This document shows, piece after piece, positions 10,501-19,805 of a stretch of DNA of 64,000 bases. Below the pieces are notes generated by a model, which was not told where the DNA came from, made no database searches, and saw only the letters and a program-made list of their open reading frames with translations. A program made the translations under genes and the position numbers. The stretch covers positions 10,941 to 74,940 of the forward strand of contig JAGLGN010000020.1 of assembly GCA_023144005.1 (NCBI GenBank), read 5' to 3'. Each line of letters opens with the position of its first letter. The stretch's first letter is position 1. The DNA comes from a bacterium (lineage in GTDB: Bacteria > AUK180).

Positions 10501-11525
10501 TTGGCTGAGGCCATCAGACGGGCAGAGAGGTTTACTACTTTGCCAAGACAGGTATATTCACTTCTATCTTTACCGCCGACAAAGCCCGCATAAGCCTTGC
10601 CGAATGTAATACCCATCTTGATCGAAGGCATACGCGAGCGCAGCCTCAAAGCGAGATCAAACGCATGAGGGACAGGCTCCTCCACCGCGGTGGGTGCACC
10701 GAAAAACACCAGTATGGATATCCCCTTATTATCTATCAGAGCTTTGTTTAAGTATCCGCCGAATGCTTCTGTTTGTGATTGGATCTCCTTCAGGACCTCT
10801 TTCAGATCAATCCCCTTTTTCTCGGCTGAAATGAAGATCGAGACCACATTCCGGAATTCGCCCTGAGTAGTGAGCGTCATTACCGATGGTTCAATGAACT
10901 TCGATATTATCGGCAACGGCAAAGGAGGTTTTCTTTCTTGCTTGATCTTCACGGTGGAATTTCTGTATTTTTCAGCGACCGCGATCTCTACTTGCCCCGG
11001 TGCGCATCGATTCTGTGCTTTAAAACTCTCCAAGGCGGCCTTGCCTTTGAAATAATAATGATGACGCTTTGTACCGGGAATTATACCCCAATACAATCTG
11101 CCGCGGGAGATACCAATTCGAACCTGCAGAGAGATATTCTCTCCGGAAACCCGTATCATTTCGATCTTATTGAAATAATCCCTTATCCTGGAAGCCGCTG
11201 AATGTGCTGATGTAAATTTTTCTCCCGGAAACACGGCCATGAAAGCATCGCCGGCAAAACCGGCAACCCAGCCGCCGCAGGAATATATTATTGAGACCGC
11301 ATCGCCCAATTTTACATTTAAAATGTCGGAAAGCACCTCTGCGCCGGATGATCCTGAAGCCATTAATTTTTCAGTAAGCGCCGTAAAACCGGATATATCG
11401 ACCGATACTATGATACCACTGAAATATCCCTTCTCTTTCCCTTTAAGGAATTGTTCTCCGATAAATTGAGGTAAAAGATTTTTCTCATTCCTATATTTAT
11501 TCAAAATGATCGAGCACATCACCAT
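7530..11525 (-). CDS. class III adenylate cyclase (two cyclase domains, sAC-like) + P-loop NTPase + TPR repeats
   Basis: VDISGFT and FAGDAF (domain 1); NK...DNKG and EYTCLGKVVNLSARLM (domain 2); Walker A GAGGLGKS, Walker B-like LELDD; many GNLG-type TPRs; true start may be ATG 11519. Confidence 0.88.
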   Translation of the reverse strand: MVMCSIILNKYRNEKNLLPQFIGEQFLKGKEKGYFSGIIVSVDISGFTALTEKLMASGSSGAEVLSDILNVKLGDAVSIIYSCGGWVAGFAGDAFMAVFPGEKFTSAHSAASRIRDYFNKIEMIRVSGENISLQVRIGISRGRLYWGIIPGTKRHHYYFKGKAALESFKAQNRCAPGQVEIAVAEKYRNSTVKIKQERKPPLPLPIISKFIEPSVMTLTTQGEFRNVVSIFISAEKKGIDLKEVLKEIQSQTEAFGGYLNKALIDNKGISILVFFGAPTAVEEPVPHAFDLALRLRSRMPSIKMGITFGKAYAGFVGGKDRSEYTCLGKVVNLSARLMASAKAGEILIGENAYSRSEGEFSTDDLGKTVFKGFSEPVTVRRILEKKVSSDRSFLGNFFGRETHLQQLEQWLKRVIEGSDPGFLYVDGAGGLGKSRLVHRFRQLNGEGIQWIKMPCDEMIRDGYNPIISGLKDYFSLRSSLSSAASGRNFSNRFHQIADSIKDGELRRELIRTKSFVAALLGISTKGTLYEKIDAKARRENTITGLKCLFRAISWMRPLIIELDDGQWVDSDTVNFFKELFRASQKNSLGVISECRYDEKGQAMDFDLGDTQVERMSLESLPASQARKIVEDRLGGKVDDRLFKSIKERSSGNTFYFEQTALFIQETDAIEKRGSVWYLKQKNLEIPDKISSILISRMDRLEHEIRHMVHTAAVLGREFPVDILSLMLRGEFDDDSLERGEQYGIWVPLNELNYIFRSILFRDAAYQMQLKKTLKQLHLLAAHSIERKYKARLPEYYSVLAFHYQRGEDDNKARKYLLLAADDALSKYKNEDALGHYSDLLPLVADRGEELGIRSKIGDINQTLGHWKRAQEIFEDNLLLAEKHDVLLIIDKARSDLGSLLRAKGEYDRAETLYEKVLKNAKTGKDPLAEAVAEGNLGIIHYKKGKYAQAIISYEKEYDIAKKLNNKAVISTALGNLGLVFYKKGDLDKAHKNFSRKIHLDERSGDLSGSVSAIGNLGLVLLDQGDIQGAMTQFKKQLKFSKRIGDRSRISSAVGHLGNAYWELGQLDQAERSFQKYHTVAKELGDLNGESISIGNLGVINLQRGNYEKAVGYLKEKLRIAEKLKDPGQIAYALGNLGIACIESDDIPAAKEHFLRVISIAKKIGNKMAQIISFDNLANLFKEAGEFTKAAAYCDKAVEMATIAGARGVLPTLYCHRGESLIHLKKYDEVLKDINEGGSIAKELSQSGMIFQINMLRLRLEATQGKVSDAVKRATKFLDETTDQEDLASVYKLIWEIAADDKSRKAAIRIYTKLNKAHSAYRYRLALKHLSL

Positions 11526-11567
11526 CCTTGGCTAAGGACCGCATTCTTGCTACCGCTCCCGGTATTG

Positions 11568-11596
11568 ATTGTAATTGATTTTTGCTATTATTGCAA
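11568..11596 (-). promoter_or_regulatory. sigma70-type promoter of the cyclase gene
   Basis: TTGCAA-17 nt-TACAAT on the minus strand, ~40 nt upstream of the start codon. Confidence 0.65.
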
Positions 11597-11650
11597 GAGG
11601 CTGAGGCGTGCAACATTGCGAGAAATGAATAATTAAAGAGGGTGAGGATT

Positions 11651-11712
11651 GGGGAAAAAGGGGTGTGTGGAGTGGTAATAGGAGGGGATCCGTGTTCCCA
11701 CATCCACACGCC
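11651..11712 (-). ncRNA. candidate small RNA: long hairpin containing GGAUCCCCUCCU, followed by a U-tract
   Basis: directly downstream of a near-consensus promoter (11715-11742); stem GGCGTGTGGA...TCCACACACC then CCTTTTT; the next gene has its own promoter. Confidence 0.4.
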
Positions 11713-11714
11713 AC

Positions 11715-11742
11715 ATTGTACCATTATTTTTTATAATGTCAA
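11715..11742 (-). promoter_or_regulatory. near-consensus sigma70 promoter with extended -10
   Basis: TTGACA-16 nt-TACAAT, with TGG immediately before the -10. Confidence 0.65.
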
Positions 11743-11868
11743 ATTATTTGCATGAACCGGCAAATTCTGGCGAATCAATGCGAGAATTAGAGGCTAGAGG
11801 CCTATGGAGAAGTGAATAGTGAACAATGAATAGTGAATATTGGGGAGGGGAATAAATACAATTGAAAG

Positions 11869-11972
11869 TTGACAATTAAAAGATGGAGCACAAAGAAATT
11901 CTTTTCTCAGACGGTTTTCCGGTTACGGATGTGTTTACTTTTCCTTTACACACTTGTGCCTTGTGCACTTGT
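11869..11972. repeat. 104 bp intergenic repeat, inverted relative to the copy at 19806-19909
   Basis: the reverse complement aligns ungapped to 19806-19909 with about 12 mismatches; core AAACACATCCGTAACCGGAAAA. Confidence 0.9.
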
Positions 11973-12030
11973 CACTTGTTTCTTGTTTGCTATTTTCCCC
12001 ATAGGTGATATAATGCAGAAGGCAATACAA

Positions 12031-13150
12031 ATGAAAATACTCTCATATAAAAATCCTCATAGCTTTCTTAAAGCTTCGGAAGGGATACTCCTTGCTGATG
12101 AAGCTCTGAACAGCTTGATGATCGGCATCACCATGCGCCTTCAGAAAGATCCTTCGGCATATGAGAACCCCTATTTCACATGTGGGATTATTGACGGTAT
12201 CGTGACCACACCTGCATTAATGACCCCTCCTCATCCATTGATACTTGCAGGCAAAGCAGACCCCAAGATACTTTCTGCCATTGCAGAAGATCTATTGGAC
12301 AAAGACAGGAAAGTAAATGGCGTTGTGGCTTCACGGGCTTTATCAGATAGCTTTTCCACGATATGGAAGAAGCGGACGGGATGCAGCATTGTAACATCTA
12401 TGGAACAAGGAGTTTTTCAATTGACTCATCTTAATACGATCAATATATCTCCGGGATCTCTGCGAGTTGCTGAAGAAAAAGACAGGGAACTTTTGAATAG
12501 GTGGGGAAAGAATTTTCAGATCGACATCTACGGCGAAGAAAAAGGAGCCGGACTGGAAGCGAAAAAAATAGTAGATAAAGGGCTGCGGGAGAAAAGGATA
12601 CACCTGTGGACAATTGACGGCAATCTAGGTGATCTAATTCATAAAGACGGTAACAATGGAATGTTTAGATTTGAGTCAATTCCAACGAACAATGAGTGCT
12701 GTGTACCCTTCGTGGTACATAAGCGAAGAGAGAGGAATAAATTGACCAAAGATGATATTCCCTTCGGGCTGAAGCCATTTTTCTGTCTTCTGCGTTGCTC
12801 GTCCCTTACATACCGCTACGGGTATGCGGCGCTCCTCGCGCCTTGAATACGGAACAAAGTAGCATCAGCCATTGTTACCGTATTTATGAATCAGAACACT
12901 TGCATCAATGGCCGCATCGGCGAGGCCCACAATGAACGGCGTAGCGGTGAATTTTGTCTATACCCCGCCGGAATTCCGTAAGAATGGTTACGCCTCTTCC
13001 TGTGTATGGGCATTAAGCAAGAAATTACTACGGTCGGATCATAGTTTTTGTACTCTTTTCACGGATCTTTCAAACCCGACATCGAATGCCATCTATAAGA
13101 ATATCGGTTATCAGCAAATAGACGAATTTGTTATGTACAAATTTCTCTGA
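12031..13150 (+). pseudogene. GNAT-family acetyltransferase interrupted by a MITE
   Basis: removing 12629-12902 joins ...IDGN-L-ASMAASARP... in frame into a ~281 aa protein with the acetyl-CoA motif VYTPPEFRKNGYAS and FTDLSNPTSNAIY; start 12031 or 12013. Confidence 0.85.
12629..12902. mobile_element. non-autonomous miniature inverted-repeat element (MITE)
   Basis: 31 bp terminal inverted repeats at 12629-12659 and 12869-12899 (28/31 match); flanked by CTAG/CTTG; no transposase; internal hairpins. Confidence 0.85.
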
Positions 13151-13282
13151 ACTAAAACTCTCTTATCTTAGTGTTCCGGGTTCACAAGTTGAGAATATTT
13201 GTTGGAGATCAGAATTCTCTGTGTTATATTTTTAAATTGTCAACTGTCAATTATCCATTGTCAATTTCTCTTTTTCACTTCT

Positions 13283-14188
13283 CTACATCAACATTCCTAC
13301 AGAGAGTCTATGCCAATTAACAATCTCGCCGCCGTAAGAGTAATTGTAGTCCACTTTGATTATTTTACGGCTTTTCAACTTGAAGGTATATCCGAGGCCG
13401 CCATTGAGCTGAATACCTGAATTTATTCCTATTCTGATCATAAGGTTGTCATATACGCAATATTCCGTTCCTGTAAAGAACTTGAAATTCATTCCTTCGT
13501 TCTCATTGACATCATCTTTAATGGAAATATCGATCAGGAAATTACCATTAAACTTGCCTTTTACCTTGTGATATTTATACGCAAAGCCCAACTTATATAT
13601 CTCATCTATTTTTTCATCCTTAACGCCCGCAGCAATGTTCTGGGCCGTTATTCCGAGAAACAGCGGTTTCTTAAAAAGATATCTCCACTGGACACCAATA
13701 TCCATACCGAAGCCGGAACCGCTGCCCACTGTAGAATTAATGCTGAATCCCTTAAGGTTCAAGCCTAGAGCTATTTTTCCCGGGACAAGATACAGGCCAA
13801 ATGACAATCTGTATTCATTCTCGCTGAATGTACTGGTTGCTTCATCAGCACCTTCTGATAATTGGACGGATTTTCTCAACCAGCTCAATCCGATAGAGCT
13901 ATTGAGATTCTTAAAGGATCGCATAACAGCAATATAATCCACAAAATAGTTGCTCAAACCGGGCATTAATTGATGCATCAAAGTATATTCGGTCTTATTC
14001 ATATTCTGGGCTAATCCGGCGGGATTATAATAACCGGCGTAAATGTCATCGGCAAGCCCAACAAACGCTCCCCCCATGCCCTGAACCCTGGCGCCTATGT
14101 TCATATCGATCGATGCTCCGTAGGTACTTGTGACGAATACAAAAGCAAGTATAAGCAAAGTGATTCTCATTACATTTTTAAATTTCAT
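13283..14188 (-). CDS. PorV/PorQ-like (FadL-superfamily) outer-membrane beta-barrel
   Basis: signal peptide; GARVQGMGGAFVGLADDIYAGYYNPAGLAQ motif; GFGMDIG; C-terminal VDYNY...HRLSVG. Confidence 0.85.
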   Translation of the reverse strand: MKFKNVMRITLLILAFVFVTSTYGASIDMNIGARVQGMGGAFVGLADDIYAGYYNPAGLAQNMNKTEYTLMHQLMPGLSNYFVDYIAVMRSFKNLNSSIGLSWLRKSVQLSEGADEATSTFSENEYRLSFGLYLVPGKIALGLNLKGFSINSTVGSGSGFGMDIGVQWRYLFKKPLFLGITAQNIAAGVKDEKIDEIYKLGFAYKYHKVKGKFNGNFLIDISIKDDVNENEGMNFKFFTGTEYCVYDNLMIRIGINSGIQLNGGLGYTFKLKSRKIIKVDYNYSYGGEIVNWHRLSVGMLM

Positions 14189-14199
14189 ATCATTCTCCC

Positions 14200-17100
14200 C
14201 TATTTAACCACACCAATTGGCTCTTTTATTATCTCCACATCACCTGCGGAATTCGTTAATTCCAGTATATAAATGTATATTCCGCTGCCGACATAACCTC
14301 CAAAGTCATTCGTACCGTCCCATCTGGCTGAATTCTTTCCCTCTTCGAAAGATACATCCTTAATAACATTACGCACCAGATCCCCTGTAACATCATATAT
14401 TGAGAGATTTACCGTTCCTTTTTCAGGCAGATCAAATACGAATGAGGTGCCGCTCTCAGGAGTAAACGGGTTTGAAGTAAGATACGCCGTCAGATCAGAC
14501 CCTGATGAGTCGGAATCAAGTCCCAGACAGAAGAGACCAAAATGGTTTACATTGAAAGAGATTTTATTATTGATCAGGTCTCTTTGCTCACCACCGACTC
14601 TAACCCATTCAAAGCCGGTCCAGTGGAATGCAATAAGTTGCGTTTCATCCCATTCATCCACCTGGTCCTGATCCGGATCAAGCTCTGCGTCTGTATAAGC
14701 CAAAGTAATTGTGATCTGTTCGTGGAAAGTCAGGTGATCTGGTGAGAATTCATGAGCAGCGCCCATCAAAATATAATCAGCATTCAATGGCTTATAGAGA
14801 TCCTCTTTGGAAACTGACACGATACAGAGATTCTGCTTATCGATTAGCGCATCTTCAGGAATTACAGCACCGGATCCGTCTGGAGATGAAACCGCCCCGC
14901 CATCCGCATTTACCACGGCGCATCCCTGAGGTACAATATAAGTAAGAGTAAATGTTTCTGAGATAGTATTGTCCAGCACATCAATTGCCGTAACCGTAAT
15001 ATCGTTGTTGCCTTCGATCAAGCTAACAATGTGGCTGAATGAATTATCATCATTAAGGATTCCGATCGGACTGTTATTAACATGATCTCCGTTTTCATTC
15101 CGCACTTCAATAATGATATTCTCAACGCCGTTGGGATTCGGAAGATCGGACACGGTGCCTGAAATTATTACTTCATTTACATATACTTCTCCATCAAGAG
15201 GCCCTGCGATCGGCGCGGGACTGACCACAACGGCGATCCCTGGGGAAGTATTGTCTATCAAAAGGCCTGTAACCGTATCCTCGGAAATGAACACTCCCAT
15301 TTCATCATAGGCCTGAACACGGATCATGAAGCCTGTTGAGTCCGCTAAACCATCTGCTGTCGTATCCCAGTCCTGTTCCCAACCGTCGGCACCATTGATA
15401 TCGCTTGTTACGCCGATAACACCAACCAGATCATACCAGGTAATACCGTCAGGTGAAATAGAGAAATCCACTCTCGATGTATCATCCGGGGCAATTGCTT
15501 CGATCTTAATAATGTCATTCATGGAATAATCCGATAACGGTTGAATAATTGTTGTAGGTTCGGGTGTATTATCAAGCTCTACACTTGTATTTGCGCTTGA
15601 AATATTTCCCGCTGAATCCTCCGCAGCAACCTCAAGCGAATATGAGCCGTCAGGTATTGTATTAGCCGCATTGATGGTATATGTGATGGTATATGTCGTA
15701 TCGGTATTATCCAATACCACCTCATCACCCGCATTATACTCACTGTCAATCGTACTGAAATCGGCAGTCACGGCCAGACCTGCTGCGTCCAGATCAGCGG
15801 TGATCGTGATAATATCACCGTCAGCATATGCACTTTGATCAGCACCGACCGAAGTAAATATCGGAGCTGTATTATCTAAAGTTATGCCGAAGTTAGAATT
15901 CACAGGGCCGTTTCCAATCTCATCCAGCGCGCTGATCACAATAATTTTCGCGCCGTCTACATTTGCATTTCCTTTAGAGATCGTATATTCTATTGTGTAA
16001 GTCGTATCGCCGTTGTCGGTTACTGTTTCCGAACCAGATACATAATTTGAGTCCACATTAATAAAGTTGGCGGTGATCAGATACCCGATACCGTCCCAAT
16101 CCGTAACCAATGTGATGGTCTCTTCATTTCTGTAGATCGTATCACTATCCGCTTGAAGAGTGGAAGTATGGGCGGGCGCGGCATTGTCCAATTCAATTCC
16201 TGCTTCAGGATTGAAGATATTCCCGACGCCATCTGTAACTACTGCAGTTAACGTCTTGAGGCCATCAGCAATCGTATTTGCTGGAGAAATAATATAATTC
16301 GCCGTGTAAATACTGTCATTGGCCGTTATATCGGGAGCAACGCCATTATCAAGAAGACTCAGATCTCCGGCTGCTGTATCGTCAAGCAGCAGGAGCTGAG
16401 CAAGAGGCATGACTACCGATAGTCCATTCTCGTACCCATAATATTTGAATTGAACCGTATCGGAATCCTTAAGTTTTGAAGGTGATGCAATTAATTCGCC
16501 AAGGGCATTTGTGTTGTCCAACCCGATACTGGTGGCTAAATTGGAAGAATTGCCTGCTGTGTCCTCTGCACCTATCAAAATTGAATATGAGCCGTCAGGT
16601 ATTGTATTGGCCGCATTGATAGTATACGTGATGGTATATGTCGTATCGGCATTATCCAATACCGCCTCATCACTTGTATTATATTCACTGTCGATCGTAC
16701 TGAAATCGGCAGTCACGGCAAGACCTGCTTCGTCCAGATCCACTATGATCGTGATGAGGTCACCATCAGCATATACGCTCTGATCTGCATCAACCGATGT
16801 AAACACAGGCGCAGTATTATCGACTATAATTGCATTATTCTCAATAGATGGTATTGGTGTGTTATCGCTCTCATCGGTAACTGTCACTCTGATCTCATAT
16901 TGAAGTTCAGCGGCAGAACCCGCGATCGAGATAATATCTGTTCGGGATACAGCGGCGCCGCCGGTAAGTCCGCTGGAGATCGTCTTTTTACCTATCTCAG
17001 TTGCGCCATCGTAGATCTCGATCAGAATAACTCCAGGATTTAATTCCGTATATGTGTAGTTTACAGAAACAGTAGAACCCGCTTTTACCGTGATCGGTGC

Positions 17101-19548
17101 AACTCCAGTCGGAGAGTTGATCGAAGTTACCTGCGGCGCAGTATTATCGGTAGTGATCTTGTCATTTACATCTTCTGCGATCAGGGCACCATATGCATCG
17201 TAAGCCCGGGCACGGACCTGATAGGCTGCACCATCGGCTAAACCGTCATTTACACTGTCCCAGTCATACTTCCAACCGTCGGACGGAGTATTATCTGTAG
17301 TAACCAGTCCCAGAACGGCCGGAGTAGCAAGATCATACCAATTAGCACCACCGTCGGGAGAAATTTCGAAAGTTACTTCCGCCGTATTATCAGGAGCCAC
17401 CGCTTCGATCGATTCTGTTCCCGAAATTGTTGTGATAGGGAGAGGAGTAATGATTGTCACGGTAGTGCTGTTATCAATATAGAAAAGTCTCAGATCGGAA
17501 ACGCCTACATTGCCATTTTCATCTACTGCTTTCACCTGGACAATGTGCGATCCGTCACTCAATAAGGTAGTGTCCAGAGAGTAGTCTCCGGCACCGCCGG
17601 TAATCGGTGGCTGTGTATCGACAGGAAGCCATACACTTCCGTCAACGGATATTTCGCAACTGTCAGTATTGAGATCCGCGCCACCCTGGGGCGTCGCAGT
17701 AAATTGAAACAGGACTGTGCCGCTGATGATCTGGGCAATTGTAGGTGAAACCATCGCAACTACCGGATCATTAGCGCTACCGCCAACATTGACTACGGTA
17801 ACTGTAATTATCTGTGTTGTATCTCTCGCAGGAATGTTGTCATCCGTGGCGCGTATGCGTATTTCATAGACACCATCAGCTTTCAGAGTAGAATTCCAAT
17901 TACCGAACCACCATTCTGTGTCTGCTACCTGAGTCATGGCAGTCCATCCCGCCTCGCCTTCAATCTGATATTCTACAGAATCAATATTCGCTCCACCAGC
18001 TGGAACTACCCATGCATCAATCGGAACAGTCCCCTGAACGGTGGTACCGTTCTCCGGATGGATCACCTGTACATAAGGTGCTCCCAAGCGAAGTAATGGC
18101 CAACCGATGGAAAGGTTGATATTACCGGTTGCATCAACATATTCTACATCAGTATTGGTACCATATTCCCAATAGAAATCTCGGCCGGTAGCATCATCAT
18201 AATATTTGATCAGAAAACCGATCAGTGAATCGGGGCCAAGCTGGTCGAGATCATAAGGATCCGGACCACCTGAGTTATATGATACCTGAAATTCATAATC
18301 CCAGTAAGTACCAATGTAAGTGGAATCTCCAATAGCATCATTAGCATCTGCAGCGGATGTATCGTCAGCCCATATCCCACCGCCGCCGGGGTTGTCAAAA
18401 TACCAATCGGTAGCAACACCACTTGTTATTCTGATCGCATTTTCCTGATTGTCATCCAGTACGTAGTCTCTGATAGAAGTAGGCCCTGGATTTTGCTGCT
18501 CTTGATATATTTGACAGTAATCCGCTGCATCTTGAACCAGGTCATGAACCCGTATGCCGAAATAGAAATCATCGGCAGCAGAATCATTTATTGAATATAT
18601 AGTGGCATCAATAGTATTTCCCTGAAAATCGGTAAAGATAATATCCCTTTCATAACTACCACGCCAGGCATCTTCTGAAATATCACCGTCAATCGTGGGA
18701 TTTCCGTTTGCATTGGTCGTTGCGGAAAATGTCATGAATTCTTTTGGCTTTCCCAGTATGATATCGGCCCAGCCTACTCCGGTACCGGGATCGATTGGTT
18801 TCGGCTCATCGGATGCTCCGGCACCCGGATCATTCAGACCATTTAGTTCATCCCAATATCTCCATTGGTCACCATTATTGAATACTGCTAAAAAAAAACC
18901 CAGCTCATCTCCGGTGAATATGCTGTCTCCGCCGTCAACCAACAGGTCAAATCCACCCAGCGTGATGGGTATCCTGAACTCCCATGTGTATATATTGGTG
19001 GCATAAGTTTCAAGCACATCGAAATCCGTATCTCCTGCCACTGCGTCATCGTCATCGCCGCTTGCATATCCAGCTCCGTCCTTCCAGCCGGTACCCGTCC
19101 AATAAAGGTCCCAGGGAGCTGCTGCTGCACGGTTTGAGGATACTGCATTCTCTTCACCGGCAGTTAGTATATCGTCATGCGTTCCCCCGCCGACACCTTC
19201 GTCAAAGTACATGATAACCCTGTTATTCGCCGAATTGTTTCCTGCAAGGCCATAAACGACACTGATATACAGATTAGATGCATCATTCATAATGTAAAGA
19301 TAGGCAGGACTTCCATTGTCCAGATATATCTCTCTACAGAAGGCGTCATCCCATTCAGCAGGGTTGCCTGTAATGTCACCGTCGATCGTCGGTGGACTAT
19401 CACACCATGCGCTATGAAGCTGTAATGCTTCTCCGTTGCCTTCCGGGACATGACCCCACATTTGACTTGGTATAAAAACAATTGCCGTTAATACCAGAAG
19501 CAAGAGAAACTTAGCAATTCCTAATTTCGAACACGCCTTTCTTTCCAT
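14200..19548 (-). CDS. giant secreted acidic protein: CBM9/DOMON-like N-terminal domains, Ig-like repeats, FlgD-Ig/T9SS-like C-terminal domain
   Basis: signal peptide; two PTIDGDI..W modules; repeated DNTAP-linked Ig domains; DNGVAPDITANDSIYT motif; C-terminus NPFTP...IYDVTG...WDG...SGIYIY. Confidence 0.85.
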   Translation of the reverse strand: MERKACSKLGIAKFLLLLVLTAIVFIPSQMWGHVPEGNGEALQLHSAWCDSPPTIDGDITGNPAEWDDAFCREIYLDNGSPAYLYIMNDASNLYISVVYGLAGNNSANNRVIMYFDEGVGGGTHDDILTAGEENAVSSNRAAAAPWDLYWTGTGWKDGAGYASGDDDDAVAGDTDFDVLETYATNIYTWEFRIPITLGGFDLLVDGGDSIFTGDELGFFLAVFNNGDQWRYWDELNGLNDPGAGASDEPKPIDPGTGVGWADIILGKPKEFMTFSATTNANGNPTIDGDISEDAWRGSYERDIIFTDFQGNTIDATIYSINDSAADDFYFGIRVHDLVQDAADYCQIYQEQQNPGPTSIRDYVLDDNQENAIRITSGVATDWYFDNPGGGGIWADDTSAADANDAIGDSTYIGTYWDYEFQVSYNSGGPDPYDLDQLGPDSLIGFLIKYYDDATGRDFYWEYGTNTDVEYVDATGNINLSIGWPLLRLGAPYVQVIHPENGTTVQGTVPIDAWVVPAGGANIDSVEYQIEGEAGWTAMTQVADTEWWFGNWNSTLKADGVYEIRIRATDDNIPARDTTQIITVTVVNVGGSANDPVVAMVSPTIAQIISGTVLFQFTATPQGGADLNTDSCEISVDGSVWLPVDTQPPITGGAGDYSLDTTLLSDGSHIVQVKAVDENGNVGVSDLRLFYIDNSTTVTIITPLPITTISGTESIEAVAPDNTAEVTFEISPDGGANWYDLATPAVLGLVTTDNTPSDGWKYDWDSVNDGLADGAAYQVRARAYDAYGALIAEDVNDKITTDNTAPQVTSINSPTGVAPITVKAGSTVSVNYTYTELNPGVILIEIYDGATEIGKKTISSGLTGGAAVSRTDIISIAGSAAELQYEIRVTVTDESDNTPIPSIENNAIIVDNTAPVFTSVDADQSVYADGDLITIIVDLDEAGLAVTADFSTIDSEYNTSDEAVLDNADTTYTITYTINAANTIPDGSYSILIGAEDTAGNSSNLATSIGLDNTNALGELIASPSKLKDSDTVQFKYYGYENGLSVVMPLAQLLLLDDTAAGDLSLLDNGVAPDITANDSIYTANYIISPANTIADGLKTLTAVVTDGVGNIFNPEAGIELDNAAPAHTSTLQADSDTIYRNEETITLVTDWDGIGYLITANFINVDSNYVSGSETVTDNGDTTYTIEYTISKGNANVDGAKIIVISALDEIGNGPVNSNFGITLDNTAPIFTSVGADQSAYADGDIITITADLDAAGLAVTADFSTIDSEYNAGDEVVLDNTDTTYTITYTINAANTIPDGSYSLEVAAEDSAGNISSANTSVELDNTPEPTTIIQPLSDYSMNDIIKIEAIAPDDTSRVDFSISPDGITWYDLVGVIGVTSDINGADGWEQDWDTTADGLADSTGFMIRVQAYDEMGVFISEDTVTGLLIDNTSPGIAVVVSPAPIAGPLDGEVYVNEVIISGTVSDLPNPNGVENIIIEVRNENGDHVNNSPIGILNDDNSFSHIVSLIEGNNDITVTAIDVLDNTISETFTLTYIVPQGCAVVNADGGAVSSPDGSGAVIPEDALIDKQNLCIVSVSKEDLYKPLNADYILMGAAHEFSPDHLTFHEQITITLAYTDAELDPDQDQVDEWDETQLIAFHWTGFEWVRVGGEQRDLINNKISFNVNHFGLFCLGLDSDSSGSDLTAYLTSNPFTPESGTSFVFDLPEKGTVNLSIYDVTGDLVRNVIKDVSFEEGKNSARWDGTNDFGGYVGSGIYIYILELTNSAGDVEIIKEPIGVVK
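15641..16797. repeat. intragenic duplicated Ig module (~15641-15850 vs ~16586-16797)
   Basis: nucleotide-level similarity at an offset of ~945 bp, e.g. TATGAGCCGTCAGGTATTGTATT and CGTACTGAAATCGGCAGTCACGGC occur in both. Confidence 0.85.
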
Positions 19549-19660
19549 GAGAATATACCTCCTCGTTCATTTAATAATAGTTTTCAGATCATTATAATTT
19601 TTGAAGATTAAATCTGTAAAATAATGTTGTGAATGATAATATTTCATCCCCCCCCTTATG

Positions 19661-19675
19661 GCAAGATTTGTGCCG
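19661..19675 (-). promoter_or_regulatory. sigma54 (-24/-12) promoter upstream of the giant secreted protein/PorV-like pair
   Basis: CGGCAC-AAATC-TTGC (GG-N10-GC) on the minus strand, ~110 nt before the ATG; GAGGAGG SD. Confidence 0.6.
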
Positions 19676-19805
19676 CAAAGCGAATTGCTTTGATATTGGA
19701 AAAAGTCTAAAACAGCAGAACAGAAATTACATAATTTTACATTATTTTACCTATAAATATATAATATTCGATGGTAAGTTGATAGGATGGTAGGTGCACA
19801 AGCGC

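Noticed and set aside
11470..11490. Possible frameshift at the cyclase start (out-of-frame ATG AGA AAA A just before NLLPQFI)
   Set aside because: An in-frame ATG at 11519 has a usable AAGGA SD downstream of the promoter, so no frameshift is needed
11869..12846. ORF-track 325 aa protein as an intact gene
   Set aside because: Its first ~48 codons are translated repeat DNA and its last ~72 come from the MITE; it is treated as part of the interrupted GNAT
18890..18898. A9 homopolymer in the 1782 aa gene as a phase-variation site
   Set aside because: The frame is intact (Gly-Phe-Phe-Leu) and A/T runs are common in this sequence
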